A program made the position numbers and the translations under genes. A stretch of DNA of 64,000 nt from Mobula hypostoma (lineage: Eukaryota), in NCBI RefSeq assembly GCF_963921235.1, contig NC_086097.1, positions 223,388,001 through 223,452,000 on the forward strand. The letters run 5' to 3'. The notes below the pieces were generated by a model. It saw only the letters and a program-made list of their open reading frames with translations, was not told where the DNA came from and searched no databases. Of the stretch, positions 48,672 through 61,999 are shown in pieces. Each line of letters opens with the position of its first letter. Within the stretch, counting starts at the first letter, position 1.

Positions 48672-51178
48672 ATATAAGAAATAGGAGTGGGAGTAGGCTA
48701 TCTGGCCCATAAAGCCTGCGTCGCCATTCAATAACATCATGGCTGATCTAGCCATAGATTCATCTCCACCTTCCCGCCTTTTCCCCATAACCCCTAATTC
48801 ACCAACTATGCAAAAATCTATCCAACCTTGTCTTAAATATATTTACTGAGGTAGCCTCCACTGCTTCATTGCACAGAGAATTCCCCTAGTTCTAGTATCA
48901 CCTACCAGTGGAAACAACTTTCCTGCCTCTATCATAACGATCCCCTTCATAATTTTGTGTTTCTATAAGATCTCCTCTCATCCTTCTGAATTCCAGCGAG
49001 TATAGTCCCAGGTGACTCAATCTCTCCTCATAGTCTAAACCCCTCATCTCTGGAATCAGCCTGGTGAAAGTCCTCTGCACTGCCTCCAAAGCCACAATAT
49101 CCTTCCTCAAGCAAGGAGACCAGAACTGCACTCAGTACTCTAGATGCGGCCTCACCAGTTACCTATATACAGTGTAATTCCATCATAATCTCTCTGCTCT
49201 TAAATTCAATCCCTCTAGCAATATAAAACACAAAATAATCGATTGCATAAGTATTCACCCCCTTCAAGTCAGTATTTAGTAGATGTACTTTATAGCCTTG
49301 AGTCTGTGTGGATAGGTCTCTATTAGCTTTGCACATCTGGACACTGCAAAATTTTTCCCCTTTCTTCTTCACAAAACTGCTCAAACTCTGTCAGATTACA
49401 TGGGGATTGTGAGTGAACAGCAACCACAAAGAAAAAGATGAAGTATGAAGATAAGCTAGCCAATAATATAAAAGAGATTTTTCAGATCTATAAAAAATAA
49501 AAGAGGCAAGAGTGAATATTGGACAATGACACTGGAGTAGTAATGAGGGAGTCAAAGAAATTGCAGACAAACTAATTTAAGTATTTTGCATCAGTCTTCA
49601 CTGTGGAAGATACCAGCAGTATGCCAAAAATTCAAGAGTGTTGGGACAGAAGTGAGTATAGTTGCCATTTCTAGGGAGAAGGAACTTGGGAAACTGAAAG
49701 GTCTGAAGATAAATAAGTTATCTGGTCCAGAAGGACTACACCCGGGGTTTTGAAAGAGATTATGGAGGCACTAGTAATGATGTTTTAAGAATCACTACAT
49801 TCTGAAATGGCTCCAGAGGCCAAGAAAATTGCAAATGTCTCTCCACTCTAAGGGAGGGAGGCAAAAGGAAGGAAATTACAGACCAGTTAGCCGAACTTCA
49901 GTAGTTCGGAAGATGTTGGAATCCATTATTAATGCTAAGGTTTTGGCGTACTTGGAGGCACATGTAAAGTAGTCCAAAGTCAGCATAGTTTCCTTGAGGG
50001 GAAATATTGTCTGTCAAATCTGTTAGAATTCTTTGAGGAAATAACAGGCAGAATTGACAAAGGAGAGTCAGTGGATGTTGTTTACTTGGGTTTTCAGAAG
50101 GCCTTTGACAAGGTGCCACACATAAGACTGCTTAACAAGAGACCATGGTATTACAGGAAAGATACTAGCATGGATAGAATATTGGCTGACTGGCAAGAAA
50201 CAAAAAGTGGGAATAAAGGAGGACTATTCTGGTTGGCTGCTGGTGACTAGAGGTGTTCCTTAGGGAACATACATCAAAGTTGCTGGTGAACGCAGCAGGC
50301 CAAGCAGCATCTATAGGAAGAGGTGCAGTCGACGTTTCAGGCCGAGGCCCTTCTTCAGGACTTCTTCTACTGCACCTCCTCCTATAGATGCTGCTTGGCC
50401 TGCTGCGTTCACCAGCAACTTTGATGTATGTTGCTTGAATTTCCAGCATCTGCAGAATTCCTGTTGTTTGTGTTCCTTAGGGGCTGGGATTGGAACCACT
50501 TCTTTTCACATTATATTTCCATGATTTGAATTTCGCAAATGACATCTTTGTGGCCAGGTTCACAGATGATACAAAAATAGGTGGAGCGCAGATACTGTTC
50601 AGGAAGCAAGGAGTCTGAAGGAGGACTTGGATTGGGAGATAAGGCAAAGATGTGGCAGGTGGAATATAGTGTAGGGAAGGGTATGGTCATGCACTTTGAC
50701 AGAAGGATTAAAGGCCTAGACTATTTTCTGAATGGGGAGAAAATTCAAAAACAGAGATGCAAAGGGACTTGGGAGTCCTTATGTAGGATTCCCTGAAGGT
50801 TGACTTGCAAGAATGATTCAGGGAATGAAAGGGTTAATACACAAGTGTTTGTTGACTCAGGGCTTGAACTCACTGATGTTTAGAAGATAGAATCACATTG
50901 CAACCCACTGAATATTGAACGGCCTAGATACAGTGGATGTGGGGACAATGGTTTCTATAGTTCAGTCGAGAACCAGAAGGATGCCCATTTAGAACGGAGA
51001 TGGGGAGGGATTTCTTTAGCCGGAATCTGTGGAATTCATTTCCACGGACAGCTGTGGAGGCCAAGTCATTTGAGTATATTTAAATCAGAGGTTGATAGGT
51101 TCTTGATTAGTCAGGGCATCACAAGTTATGGGCAGAAGGCAGGAGAATGGAGCTGAGTGTGATGTCTTATGCTTATAA
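48672..51178. mobile_element. CR1 fragment cluster (- at 48672-49225, + at 49425-51178)
   Basis: ORF 48898-49131 FWSPCLRKDI...; RT remnants on the plus strand hosting the PLE hairpin. Confidence 0.78.
50266..50469. mobile_element. Fold-back PLE 3'-end mini-element inserted into a CR1; one HHR motif (50326-50362, -)
   Basis: Inverted arms of about 60 bp; 13-bp TSD GTGTTCCTTAGGG (50253-50265, 50470-50482). Confidence 0.9.
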
Positions 51179-51722
51179 AGTCAATTCTGCAATTTCCAAG
51201 GATGGCTCTTCTAATAAAAAGAGCAACTCATATCCCTAAACTGAAAATATTTTTAAACATGTGACCTCCACACAGAAGTATCTAAGATTAAGACTGAATC
51301 CAGGGTTTTTGAACTGTGACGAAGAGCACTGACTGACTACTCTGTTACCACCATCAGAGAGAGATCACCATCTTTTTATGCATACCTTATATCTATTTCT
51401 GCTCTCTGTGACTGCAACAAGCAGAAAGTCATCTTTAATTTTCAATGAACTTGCTTGATAGCTAAAAATACGAAGATCTATACAAAAAAACAAAAAAAAT
51501 TAAGAGCATAGCTAGTTTCTTTATGTTTAAACCCTCTTACAGTAATTAAAGATTCCAAGTGAAGGTTTGCCCTACAAAAGTAGAAACTTTTGGTTTTCAT
51601 CAGGATGGATGAGTACGCCATTAAAGAGACAAAACAGCCTGGCCTGGAATTCCAGTCCTGATAAAGAGTCTCAACCTGAAATGTCAACTGTTCATTTCCC
51701 TCCACAGATGTAGCCTGATCTA

Positions 51723-54545
51723 GAAACAGAAAAAACCTACAGCACAATACAGGCCCTTCAGCCCACAAAGTTGTGTCCTTACCTTAGAAATTACCTAGGT
51801 TACCCATAGCCCTCTATTTTTCTAAGCTCCATGTAGCCATACAGGAGTCTCTTAAAACACCCTATCGTATCTGCCTCCACCACCACCGCCGGCAGCCCAT
51901 TCCACGCACTCACCACTCTTTGCATTAAAAAACGTACCCCTGACATCTCCTCTGTACCTACTTCCAAGCACCTTAAAAAAAACTGTACCCTCTCGTGCTA
52001 GCCATTTCAGCCCTGGGGAAAAGCCTCTGACTATCCACACGATCACTGCCTCTCATTATCTTGTACAGCTCTATCAGGTCACCTCCCACCTACTGAGTTC
52101 TTCTCAGGATTTTGCATATTATTCCATATTTCCAGAATAGAGCCATAGAAAAATACAACACAGAAATAGGCCCTTCAGCCCATCTAGCCCATGCTCAACT
52201 ATATACTGCCTACTCACACCAACCTCCACCCAGACTGTAGCACCATCCATGTACTTATCTAAACTTCTCTTACACACTGAAATAGAAATCGCATCCACTT
52301 GTGCTAGCAGCTTGCTCCACACTCTTAGAGTTCTCGGAGCGAAGGAGTTTCTCCTTATTCGCCATTAAACTTTTCACCTTTCACCCTTAACCAATGACCT
52401 CTCTAGTTGGAGTCCCATCGACCAAAGTGGAAAATGACTGCTTACATTTACCCTATCCATACCCCTCAATTTTGTATACTTCTATCAAACCTCCCCTCAG
52501 TCTTCTGTGTTCCAAGGAATAAAGTCCTAACCTATTAAATCTATCCTTATAGCTCAGGTCCTTTGGTCCCAGCAACATCCTTGTAGATTTTCTCCATGCT
52601 CTTTGAATCTTATTTACATCCTTCTTGAAGGTAGGTGACCAAAACAATACTCCAAATTAGGCCTCACCAATGTCTTAGACCATTTTCAATCTGTCCCTGG
52701 CCCAGGCAGTTGTCCCCACAAGCTTCAAGATCGCCACCATTGTGCCAGTGCCAAAGCATTCTACTGCCACGGGCCTGAATGACTTCTGCCCAGTTGCACT
52801 CACCCCGATCACTGCAAAGTGCTTTGAGAAACTGGTTCTATCACATCTGAAATCCTGTCTGCCTTCTACCCTGGACCCACATCAATTTGCCTATCACACC
52901 AACAGGTCAACAGGGACGCCATCTCCACGGCACTTCACTCTGCCCTGACCCACCTGGACAGCACCAGCAGGCACAGGAAGAGCTTCTTCCCTGAGGCTGT
53001 GACCTTGCTGAACCTCACATCACAGCGCTAAGCAGTATTGCACCTATATTGTACTGTCTCCGTACTTTTATATTTGTGTGCTGTAGCATTTACTTTTTAT
53101 TCGCAGTTATTTTGTAAATAACACTATTCTTTGCATTTCTGGTTAGATGCTAATTGCATTTCATTGGCTTTGTATCTGTACTCGGCACAATGACAATAAA
53201 GTTGAATCTAATCTAATCTAAATCATAAGAAATTAGAGCAGAATTCAGCCACTTGGCCCATTGAATCTTCTCTGCCATTCCATAATGGCTGATCCATTTT
53301 TCCTCTTAGCCCCAATCTCCTGCATTTCCCTTGTATCTCTTCATGCCCTGACCAGTCAAGAATCTATCAATTTCTGTCTTAAATATACATTTGGCCTCCA
53401 CAGCTACCTGTGGCAATGAATTCCACAGATTCACCAACTCTGTTGTACAATTTCAACATAACACCCCATCTCCTATACTCAATACACTTCAATTTATGAA
53501 AGCCAATATGCTAAAAGCTTTCTTTATGACCCTATCCATCTGTGCGGCCACTTTCAATGAATTAAAAGGCCTTGATAAAGTGGATGTGGAGAAGATATTT
53601 CTTACGGTAGTTGAGGAAGACCAGAGGACACAGCTTCAGAATAGAGGGGTGTCTTTTGAGAACGGAAATGAGGGAGAATTTCTTTAGCCTGAGAGTGGTG
53701 AATCCGTGGAATTTTTTGCCACAGGCAGCTGTGGAGGCCAAGTCATTACGTATATTTAAGGCAGAGATTAATAAGATTCTTGATTGATCAGGGCACGGAG
53801 GGATGGAGGGAGACAGGGAGAAAGCAGGAGATTGGGGCTGACAGGAATACTGGATCAGCCATGAAGAAATGGCAGAGCATATTCGATGGGCCAGATGGCC
53901 TAATTCTGCTCCAATATCTTCTGGTCTTATTATACTTTATAGTCGCCAAACAATTGATACTAGAATGAACAATCATCATAGCGATATTTGATTCTGTGCT
54001 TCCCGCTCCCGTATTCCCAGATTCCTTTGTACACACTCCACTGGTCACAGGGCTCTAGTCAGAAAGGCAACCATCTACTATCACTCTCCAGCTTCTCCCA
54101 CAAAGCCAAAATCTAATCCAATTTACTACTTCATCTTGAATCCCAAGCGAATGAACCTTCCTGACCGACGTCTCATGCAGGACCTCGTAAAGTGCCTTGA
54201 TAAAGTCCATTTTGTCAGCACCTGCTGCCTTGCCACCACATCAATTTTCTTGATAACTTTCTCGAAAAAGCCCAACATTGGTTAGAGATGACCTACCATG
54301 TAACTGTATTTATAATTAGTCCATGTCTATCCAAATATTCATATACATGGTCCCTTACAATATCTTCCAATAACTTTCCCACCATTGACATCAGGCTCAC
54401 TGGCCTATAATTTCCTGGTTTTGTGGCAAAGTTTCCGAATGACACGAAGATAGGTGAAGGGGTGCAGAGGAAGCAATGAGACTGCAGCTGGACTTAGACA
54501 AGTTGAAAGAATGGGGGGAAAAAGAGGCAGATGGAATACAGTGTG
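51723..54545. mobile_element. Cluster of CR1 fragments in both orientations with nested Rex-type inserts
   Basis: ORFs 51852-52046, 52453-52647 and 53391-53687 are CR1 C-terminal remnants. Confidence 0.7.
52681..53221 (+). mobile_element. Internally deleted copy of the same Rex1/Babar family
   Basis: Highly similar to both ends of 8924-10363, with about 0.9 kb missing at ~52962; same (TCTAA)n tail. Confidence 0.85.
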
Positions 54546-55027
54546 GTGAAATGTTTCATAATGCAAGGTGTTCATCTGCACAAACTTCAGTCCCCTGCCT
54601 GGTCGCACTCCACATTAAGAGATCAAGTATCATACAAGTACAAACACCTTTGACAGGATGCTGTCATTGACTATAACTCAGCATTTAACACCATCCTAAT
54701 AGATAAGCTACAGAACCTGGGCCTCTGTACCTCTCTCTGCAATTGGATCCTCGATTTCCTAACCGGAAGACCACAACCTGTGCGGATTGGTAATAATATT
54801 GTCTCCTCGCTGACAATCAATACTGGTGCACCACAGGGATGTTTGCTTAGTCCACTGCTCCACACTCTCTATACCCATGACTGTATGGCTAGGTATAGCT
54901 CAAATACCATCTAGAAATTTGCTGATGATACAAGCGTTGTAGGTAGACTCTCAGACTGAGATGAGAGGGCCTACCAGCTAGTTGAGTGGTGTTGCAGCAA
55001 CAACCTTGTACTGAACCTCATCAATAA

Positions 55028-55750
55028 AGAGGCAGTACTGAGCACACTGTGGGTCTGAAGATTGTTAAGTCCTCTAGTCCTGATGGCATGCATCCCAGGG
55101 TACTTAAAGAAATGGCAGAAGTCATAGCAGAGGTTTTGGTGATAATTTACAAAAATTCTCTTGACTCTGAGCAGGTCCTGTTGGATTGGAAGACAGTGAA
55201 TGTCATGCCACTGTTCAAAAATAGATGTAGGCAAAATGCAGGTAACCATAGGCCAGTTAGTTTAACATCTGTAGTTGGGGAAATGCTTGAAGCTACCATT
55301 AAAGAAGAAATAGTGAGGCATCTGGAACGAAATGGATCCATCTGGCAGACGCAGCATGGATTCAGCAAAGGCAGGTCCTGTTTGACAAGCTTACTGGAGT
55401 TCTTTGAGGATATCCTCGAGAGAGCAGTGGATAGAGGGAAACAAATGGATGTTATTTACTTGGATCTCCAGAAAGTGTTCAATAAGGTGCCGCATAAATG
55501 TGATGTATTAGTATGGATAGAGGATTGGTTAACTAACAGAAAGCAGAGAGATGGGATACGTGGGTGTTACTCCGGTTGGCAATCAGTAGTGAGCGGTATG
55601 CCACAGGGGTCGGTGTTGAACCCGCAACTGTTCACGATATACATTAATGATTTGGAAGAGGGGACTGAGTGCAGGATATCTAAGTTTGCTGAAAATACTA
55701 AATTGAGTAGAAAAGCAAATTATGCAGAAGGTACGGAGAGTCTGCAGAGG
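55028..55750 (+). mobile_element. CR1 RT fragment
   Basis: ORF 55049-55753: PDGMHPRVL, QHGF, SGMPQGSVL. Confidence 0.85.
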
Positions 55751-55889
55751 TAAAGTCAGTTATCCACTTTGGAAGGAAAAATGCAACCAAGTTTCACTAA
55801 TGGCTACATAATATTCTGTGAAATCATGCTCTGAGCTCACCTTACTGAAAGGTGGAGCAAGTTCGACGGGCCAGGTTTCATATGTTCTT

Positions 55890-56562
55890 ATGTTCTCAAC
55901 GTCAGTAAGACAAAGGAGCTGATTGTGAACTTCAGAAAGGGCAAGACATGGGAATATGAACCATTTCTCAGAGGGATCACCCGTGGAGAGAGTGAGCAAT
56001 TTCAATTTTCAGGATGTCAAGATCTCTGATGATCTAACCTGGTCCCAACATATCAATGCAGCTATAAAAAAGGTAAGCCAGCAACTATACTTCATTAGGA
56101 GTTTCAGAAGATTTGTTTTGTCACCCAAAAAGTTGTAAAATTGGTCAACTCCATCTTGGGTACTAGCCTTCCTAACATCAAAGACATTTTCAAGAAGCAG
56201 TGCTTCAGAAAGGCAGCATCCATTATTAAGGAACCCCACAATCCAGGACATGCCCTCTTCTCATTATTACCATCAGGTAGGAGATACAGAAGCCTGAAGG
56301 CACATACTCAGTGATTCAGAAACAGCTTCTTCCCCTCTGCCATCCGATTCCGAAATGGACATTGAAACCATGAACAATACCTCCCCCTTTTAGTGTTATT
56401 TCTGTTTTTGCACTATATTTAACTATTCAACATAGCTAGTTACTGTAATTGATATACTTTATTTTTGTTCTATATTTATCATGTATTGCATTGTACTGCT
56501 GCCACTAAGTTAACAAATGTCATGACATATGCCGGTGATATTAAACCTGATTCTGATTCTGA
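55890..56562 (+). mobile_element. Decayed Rex1/Babar-type LINE 3' fragment
   Basis: ISDDLTWSQHI and LPSGRRYRSLKA remnants; ATTAAA plus (CTGATT)n tail. Its upstream RT part is probably 54665-55025. Confidence 0.75.
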
Positions 56563-58095
56563 CACTCTTGGGATTTCTACATACTGATTCAGAAAACCTT
56601 GCTGAACACATTTGACACACTCTACCCCATCGACTTCTTTTACAGTATGGAAGTCCCAGTCAATATGTGGAAAGCTAAAATCACCCACTATAACAACCTT
56701 GTGTTCCTTGCAACAGTATGAGATCCCTCTACAAATTTGTTCCTCGAAATCCCACAGATTGTTGGATGGGCTATAATACAGCCCCATGAACACACACATA
56801 CCTTTCTTATTCCTCAGTTCAATCTGTAAAGCCTCACCAGGTGAGTTCTCCAGTCTGTCCTGGTTGAGCACTGCTGTAACATTTTACCCGACTTGTAATG
56901 CCACCCCTCCGTCCCCTTTAATCCTTTCTGCTATATCACTTCTAAAACAGCAGAACCCCAGAATCTAGAGCTGCCAGTCCTGCAACCAAGTCTCACTAAT
57001 AGCTACGCTGTCATAATGCTGTGCTAAACCATGCTCTGAGCTCATCCGCCTTTCCCAGAATTCTTGCATTGAAATATACACAGCTCAGGACATTTGTTGC
57101 AGCATGCTCAACCTTTTGATTCCTGACTGTCTGAGGTCTTCACAACCTCTCCACTATCTGTTCTGGCACTCTGGTTCCCAGCCTTTTGACAATTGCAGTT
57201 TAGCCTCCACCTCCATGCTACACCAGCAAACCTTCCTGCTAGGATATTAGTCCCCCTCCAGCTCAGGTGTCAACCATCTCTTCTGTAAAGGTCCCACCGT
57301 CCCTGGAAGAGAGCCCAGTGATGCAAAAATCTGACGCCCTCCCTCCTACACCAACTCCTCAGCCATGTATTAAACTATGATCTTCCTAGTTCTGAACGCA
57401 CATGTAGCAATCCTGAGATCACACCTGGAGGTAATGTACTTTAACTTAGCATTCAACTCCCTGAACTCACTTTGCAGAACCTCGTCATTCTTCCAGCCCA
57501 TGTCAGTGTTACCTACATTTACCACGACCTCTGACTATTCACCCTCCCATTTAAGAATGCTGAGGACCTGATCCGAGACGTTCCGGACCCTGGCACCTGG
57601 CAGGCAACTTACCATCCTGGAATCTTGTTCTTGTCTACAGAACCTCCTTTCTGTTCCCTTAACAAATGAATCCCCTATCATCACAACTTACCTCTTCTCC
57701 CTACTTCCCTTCGGAGACAAATAGCCAGACTCTGTGCCAGCGACCTGACTGCTGTGACTTTCTTCTGTCAGGTTATCTGCTCAAACAGTATCGGAAATGG
57801 CACACCTGTTGTGAGAGTGATGGCCACAGAGGTACTCTCTGCACTGGCTGTTTCACCCCTCCCCCCCCCGACTGTCACCCACTTTCCTGTGTCCTGCAGC
57901 TTGGGTGTAACTACCTCTCTATATTTCCTATCTATCACCTCGTCAGCCTCCCGAATGATCTGGAGTTCATTCAGTTCCAGCTCCAACTCCTTAACACAGA
58001 TTGTTAGAAGCTGAAGCTGGATGCACTTCTTGCAGGTGAAGTCATCAGGGACAAAGGGGGTCTCCCTGCCTTCCCACATCCCACAGGAGGAACAT
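56563..58095 (-). mobile_element. CR1 5' portion: ORF1 remnant and APE endonuclease remnant
   Basis: ORF 57768-58079 (TCKKCIQLQLL..VKELELEL, zinc-finger/leucine-zipper-like); ORF 56479-56871 (IVGDFSFPHIDW). Confidence 0.78.
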
Positions 58096-60101
58096 TAGGT
58101 GAATTGTGTTTACATTAGGTGAAGTTTTTTTTTACCACGCTTTATGTTCTGTGCTTGGAAGACAATTAAGGACTTGTTACAGTTTCCCTTAAACTTAAAG
58201 GACCTCTGCCGTTTTATTTGAGAAAATCTACACTGGTGACCCTGACATGATGTCAGTGGTTGTGAATTATGCATACAGTATGTTATGCACATGCATAAGT
58301 GTATGTCTGATCCTGTTGAGCGTTGAACACACTGGTTAGGATCATGGTTCCTAAGTCAATTTGTAGCAGATATAGAACACAAATTTAAGGATTCTCCATA
58401 ATCCCTCTTTTTTGATATAGAAGACTATTGCAAATTTAGTAACATTCACTATAATATGCTTGGATTCATCACATGGTGAAAATTATATCCACTATACATC
58501 TTGGGTGGCAGATTCTGCACACCAACCTTCAGCCACGAGGCAGAGGCTGAGGAGAATTCCTTTGGGAGACAGGGACACTCCTCGATCTACCTCAATTGAA
58601 TGCTTCTTTTTTTGAAGAAGATAGCAATTTTGGATTCTGAGAGATCCTAGTATATTCTGTTTCCCAGATGAGGAACAGAAAGTTATTACTTCAGAGCTGA
58701 AGTAGTTTTCTATCATGCTTCCTTTTAGAAATCTCAGCAGCAACGTTTTTGAGTGGCTGGATGGCCTCATCAGACTCTTGAGCAACAAACATCTTCCAGA
58801 GCAGCTCAGAGGCTTGAACAGCATCTGTAGAAGGAAAGAAATTGTCAACGTTTCAGATCAAAGAGTGGAGAGACACGATGGCCAGTGTGGAGAGGAGAAG
58901 AAAGATGTCTCCCCTTTTCCAACTCTTGTTGAGCTGGGGCTGCATCAATACAAGTAGGTAGTGTGCAAGGTGAAGATCATCTATGGGTGAAAAGACCAAA
59001 CATACATCCACAGATAGCTGACTGCCAAGAAAGGAAAACCGTTTATGAAGGACGCAGATTGTTTCTGATTGCTGGAAGATGCACAAAAAAACTTCTCAAC
59101 CTCAATCCCATCTTTCACAAGAGTGTCCATTCCATTCCACAGCAAATATGAGATAAATACAACTGCTTTTCTTTCAGGAGCATAGATCAGAAAGGCTACT
59201 TGGTTACTGCTTGCGACTTGAATGTTTATTATGAATCTCTGCTCAATAATTGTTCCTCTACACAATTAAAATTTGCAAATTGCAAGCAAAACCTTTTACC
59301 TTCTTGAGAGTCAAAAAACCTGTCTTATTGTAACAATCTGAAAGAAATGTCAAACTATTTTCCTCCAACAATCGTAATATGTTCAGCCTAGGCTTGCATC
59401 AGAGTTGTGGTGACATTTAACATGACCTGAACTGCAGGTGCTGAAGTGGAACAGGCACAAAGTAAATTAACTGAGCCAACCTTAAAAAAAAACAGAGTGG
59501 AGTTGAAATTTCAGGATGTTGCCCTTCATGCATGAAGAGTGTTAAAAGAACCGTCTGCTGGGAAAACATCATACAGTCAAAATAAAATACACTAGTTCAG
59601 CATCAGAACATAAGACTAGTGAATTCGTGGTCAACATTCTTGTGGCAGTTTCAAACATGATGGAACCCTAAGGTATGTCAAGGAAGAATATAATGACCAC
59701 CCTAATTATTTTACAGAGGAGTTTATAAATTAAAAATGAAGATGCAAAGTACAAATTAATTTCCATTTTACATGAAAGAAATTGGAAGTATTTAAAAATC
59801 TGAAACCATGGTAGTGTAATCTATGACATAAAATACACAAGAACCTCCCAAGAAAAATTGAAAGGTGAAGGCTATGAATTTTAATATACTGGTAGACAAC
59901 ATATAGGAGCACTATCAAACAACACAGTAAGCTTATATTGCAGATGGCAATGCAAAAAAATCTATCATTTTCATTTTTATTTAGCGATACATCACGGTAA
60001 CAGGCCCTTCTGTCCCATCGAACCTATGCTGCCCAATTACACCATGTGACCAATTAACCCTTATGCCTTTGGAATGTGGGAGGAAGCTGAAGCATCTAGA
60101 G

Positions 60102-60881
60102 CAGGGGTCCCCAACCTTTTTTGCACCGCGAACCAGTTTAATATTGACAATATTCTTGCGGACAGGCCGACCGGGGGGGGAGGGGGGTGTTCAAGTAGGG
60201 TTAAACTTTAAACTCACCTCAACATGTCTTTTACAGTTAGGGTTGCCGACTTTCTCACTCCCAAATAAGGGACAAAAGTAGCAGTCAAATCCCGGGTCAC
60301 TTTACCCCAGGTAAGACTACAATGCCCATGAAGCCTTGCACGGGCACCTGTGTGCGCATGCGTGACATGCGCATGTGATGTGCGCATGCGCGTACATGTC
60401 GAGTTTTCCCCCACAAATCGGTTTTGCCTTCATCTTCCCAACTACACCGTACATACATTATTTCTACTTTATAAAGGCTGTGTATTTATCATATCATTCC
60501 TGCTTTTACTATATGTTAGTGTTATTTTAGGTTTTGTGTGTTATTTAGTATGATTTAAGTTTTTTTTGAGTCTGGGAACACTCAAAAATTTTTCCCATAT
60601 AAATTAATGGTAATTGCTTCTTCGCTTCACGCCATTTCGGCACGAAAGGTTTCACAGGAACACTCTACCTTAGGGGGGGAAATACGGGACAAACCAATTT
60701 AGCCCGATATACGGGACGTCCCAGCCTAATATGGGACAGTTGGCAACCCTATGTTCAAGTTCAACAGTGCGTGACAGGAAATGAGGAAAGGTGCAGCTGA
60801 CTCATATCGTTTCCTCATGGCCCAGTAGCACATGCTTTGCAGCCCGATATCGGTCCACGGCCCAGTGGTTGGGGACCATTG
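60102..60881. mobile_element. Non-autonomous hAT (Charlie-like) element inserted in a V-SINE
   Basis: TIRs CAGGGGTCCCCAACC and GGTTGGGGACCATTG; perfect 8-bp TSD ATCTAGAG (60094-60101, 60882-60889). Confidence 0.9.
60196..60751. mobile_element. Second hAT element nested inside the first
   Basis: Ends TAGGGTT...AACCCTA; 8-bp TSD TGTTCAAG (60188-60195, 60752-60759); better-matching internal TIR TAGGGTTGCCGACT at 60238; ACGGGAC-like subterminal repeats. Confidence 0.88.
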
Positions 60882-61999
60882 ATCTAGAGGAAACCCACGC
60901 GGGCACGGGGACAACGTACAAATCCCTTACAGACAGTAGCGGAAAGATTTTAAATGTACTTCACCTCAGTTGTCATCACTGGTGGTAGAAATTGTAATTA
61001 TAGGCCAAAAGATAAATGCTATGGAAGTTACTTGCAGTTTGCCCTGAAGAAGTTATTAAACCTGGGATAGGTAGATAAATGGCTTGAAATAAATGTATGA
61101 ATATTTGGAGAGAAAATATGGAGGTGCACAAGGATATAGATTTCCAGAATTTTGCAACAAATGTAACATAGCGCAGGAAAGGGAGGATTAAACAGAAACT
61201 ACTGACTTTGTCTTACTTAAGGTCTTTGGGAACTATGGACTAAAATGTGGCATTTGAAAAAGCACAGAGCACCCAGTGTATAAGAGTCATTCAGGACAGG
61301 AACAGGCCCTTCAATCTAATGCATCTGCATGGACCAAGATGCCTATCTCGATCAGTCGTATATGCCTGCATTAAAGATTTTAATGATTGGCTAACTTTAT
61401 CACATGTACATCAAAGCATAGAGTGAAATGTGGCGTTTGTGTCAAATCAAATCAGTGAGGTTAGCGCTGGGAGCCCTCAAGTGTCATCATGCTTCCAGCA
61501 CAAACACAGCATGCTCACTATCCACTGACCCTACTGTACGTCTTTGGAAAATGGGAGGAAACCAAAGCACTTGGAGGAAATTCATGCAGTTACAGAAAGT
61601 ACAAACTACAGATAATGGTGGAAAATGAACGGCAATCTAAAAGCTGGTTATTCTACTAAATACTGAGAATAAGACAAGCTTTCTCAATCAACAATATCCT
61701 AAAGGAAAATAGTTAATCAGCCACAGAAAAAGAGCAGGAAAATAACAAACTCTTCCAAAAGAATCGCACTGCCTTCTTTAGTGCTGTATCATTTCACAGA
61801 GGGACACAAAGCAAGCCTGCTATTACATTTTTACCTATTCCTAATTATGCCACAGTTCCACATTGATCATCACAAAGTAGGAAGGTCTGAGGATAAGTGA
61901 CACAAACACAGGGTTCCTTTCATCGATATGGTGAAAGTTAGACTTGATAGACAACTTCAAAATTATCAAAATTCACAGCCACTTTTGTGACACCAGGGC

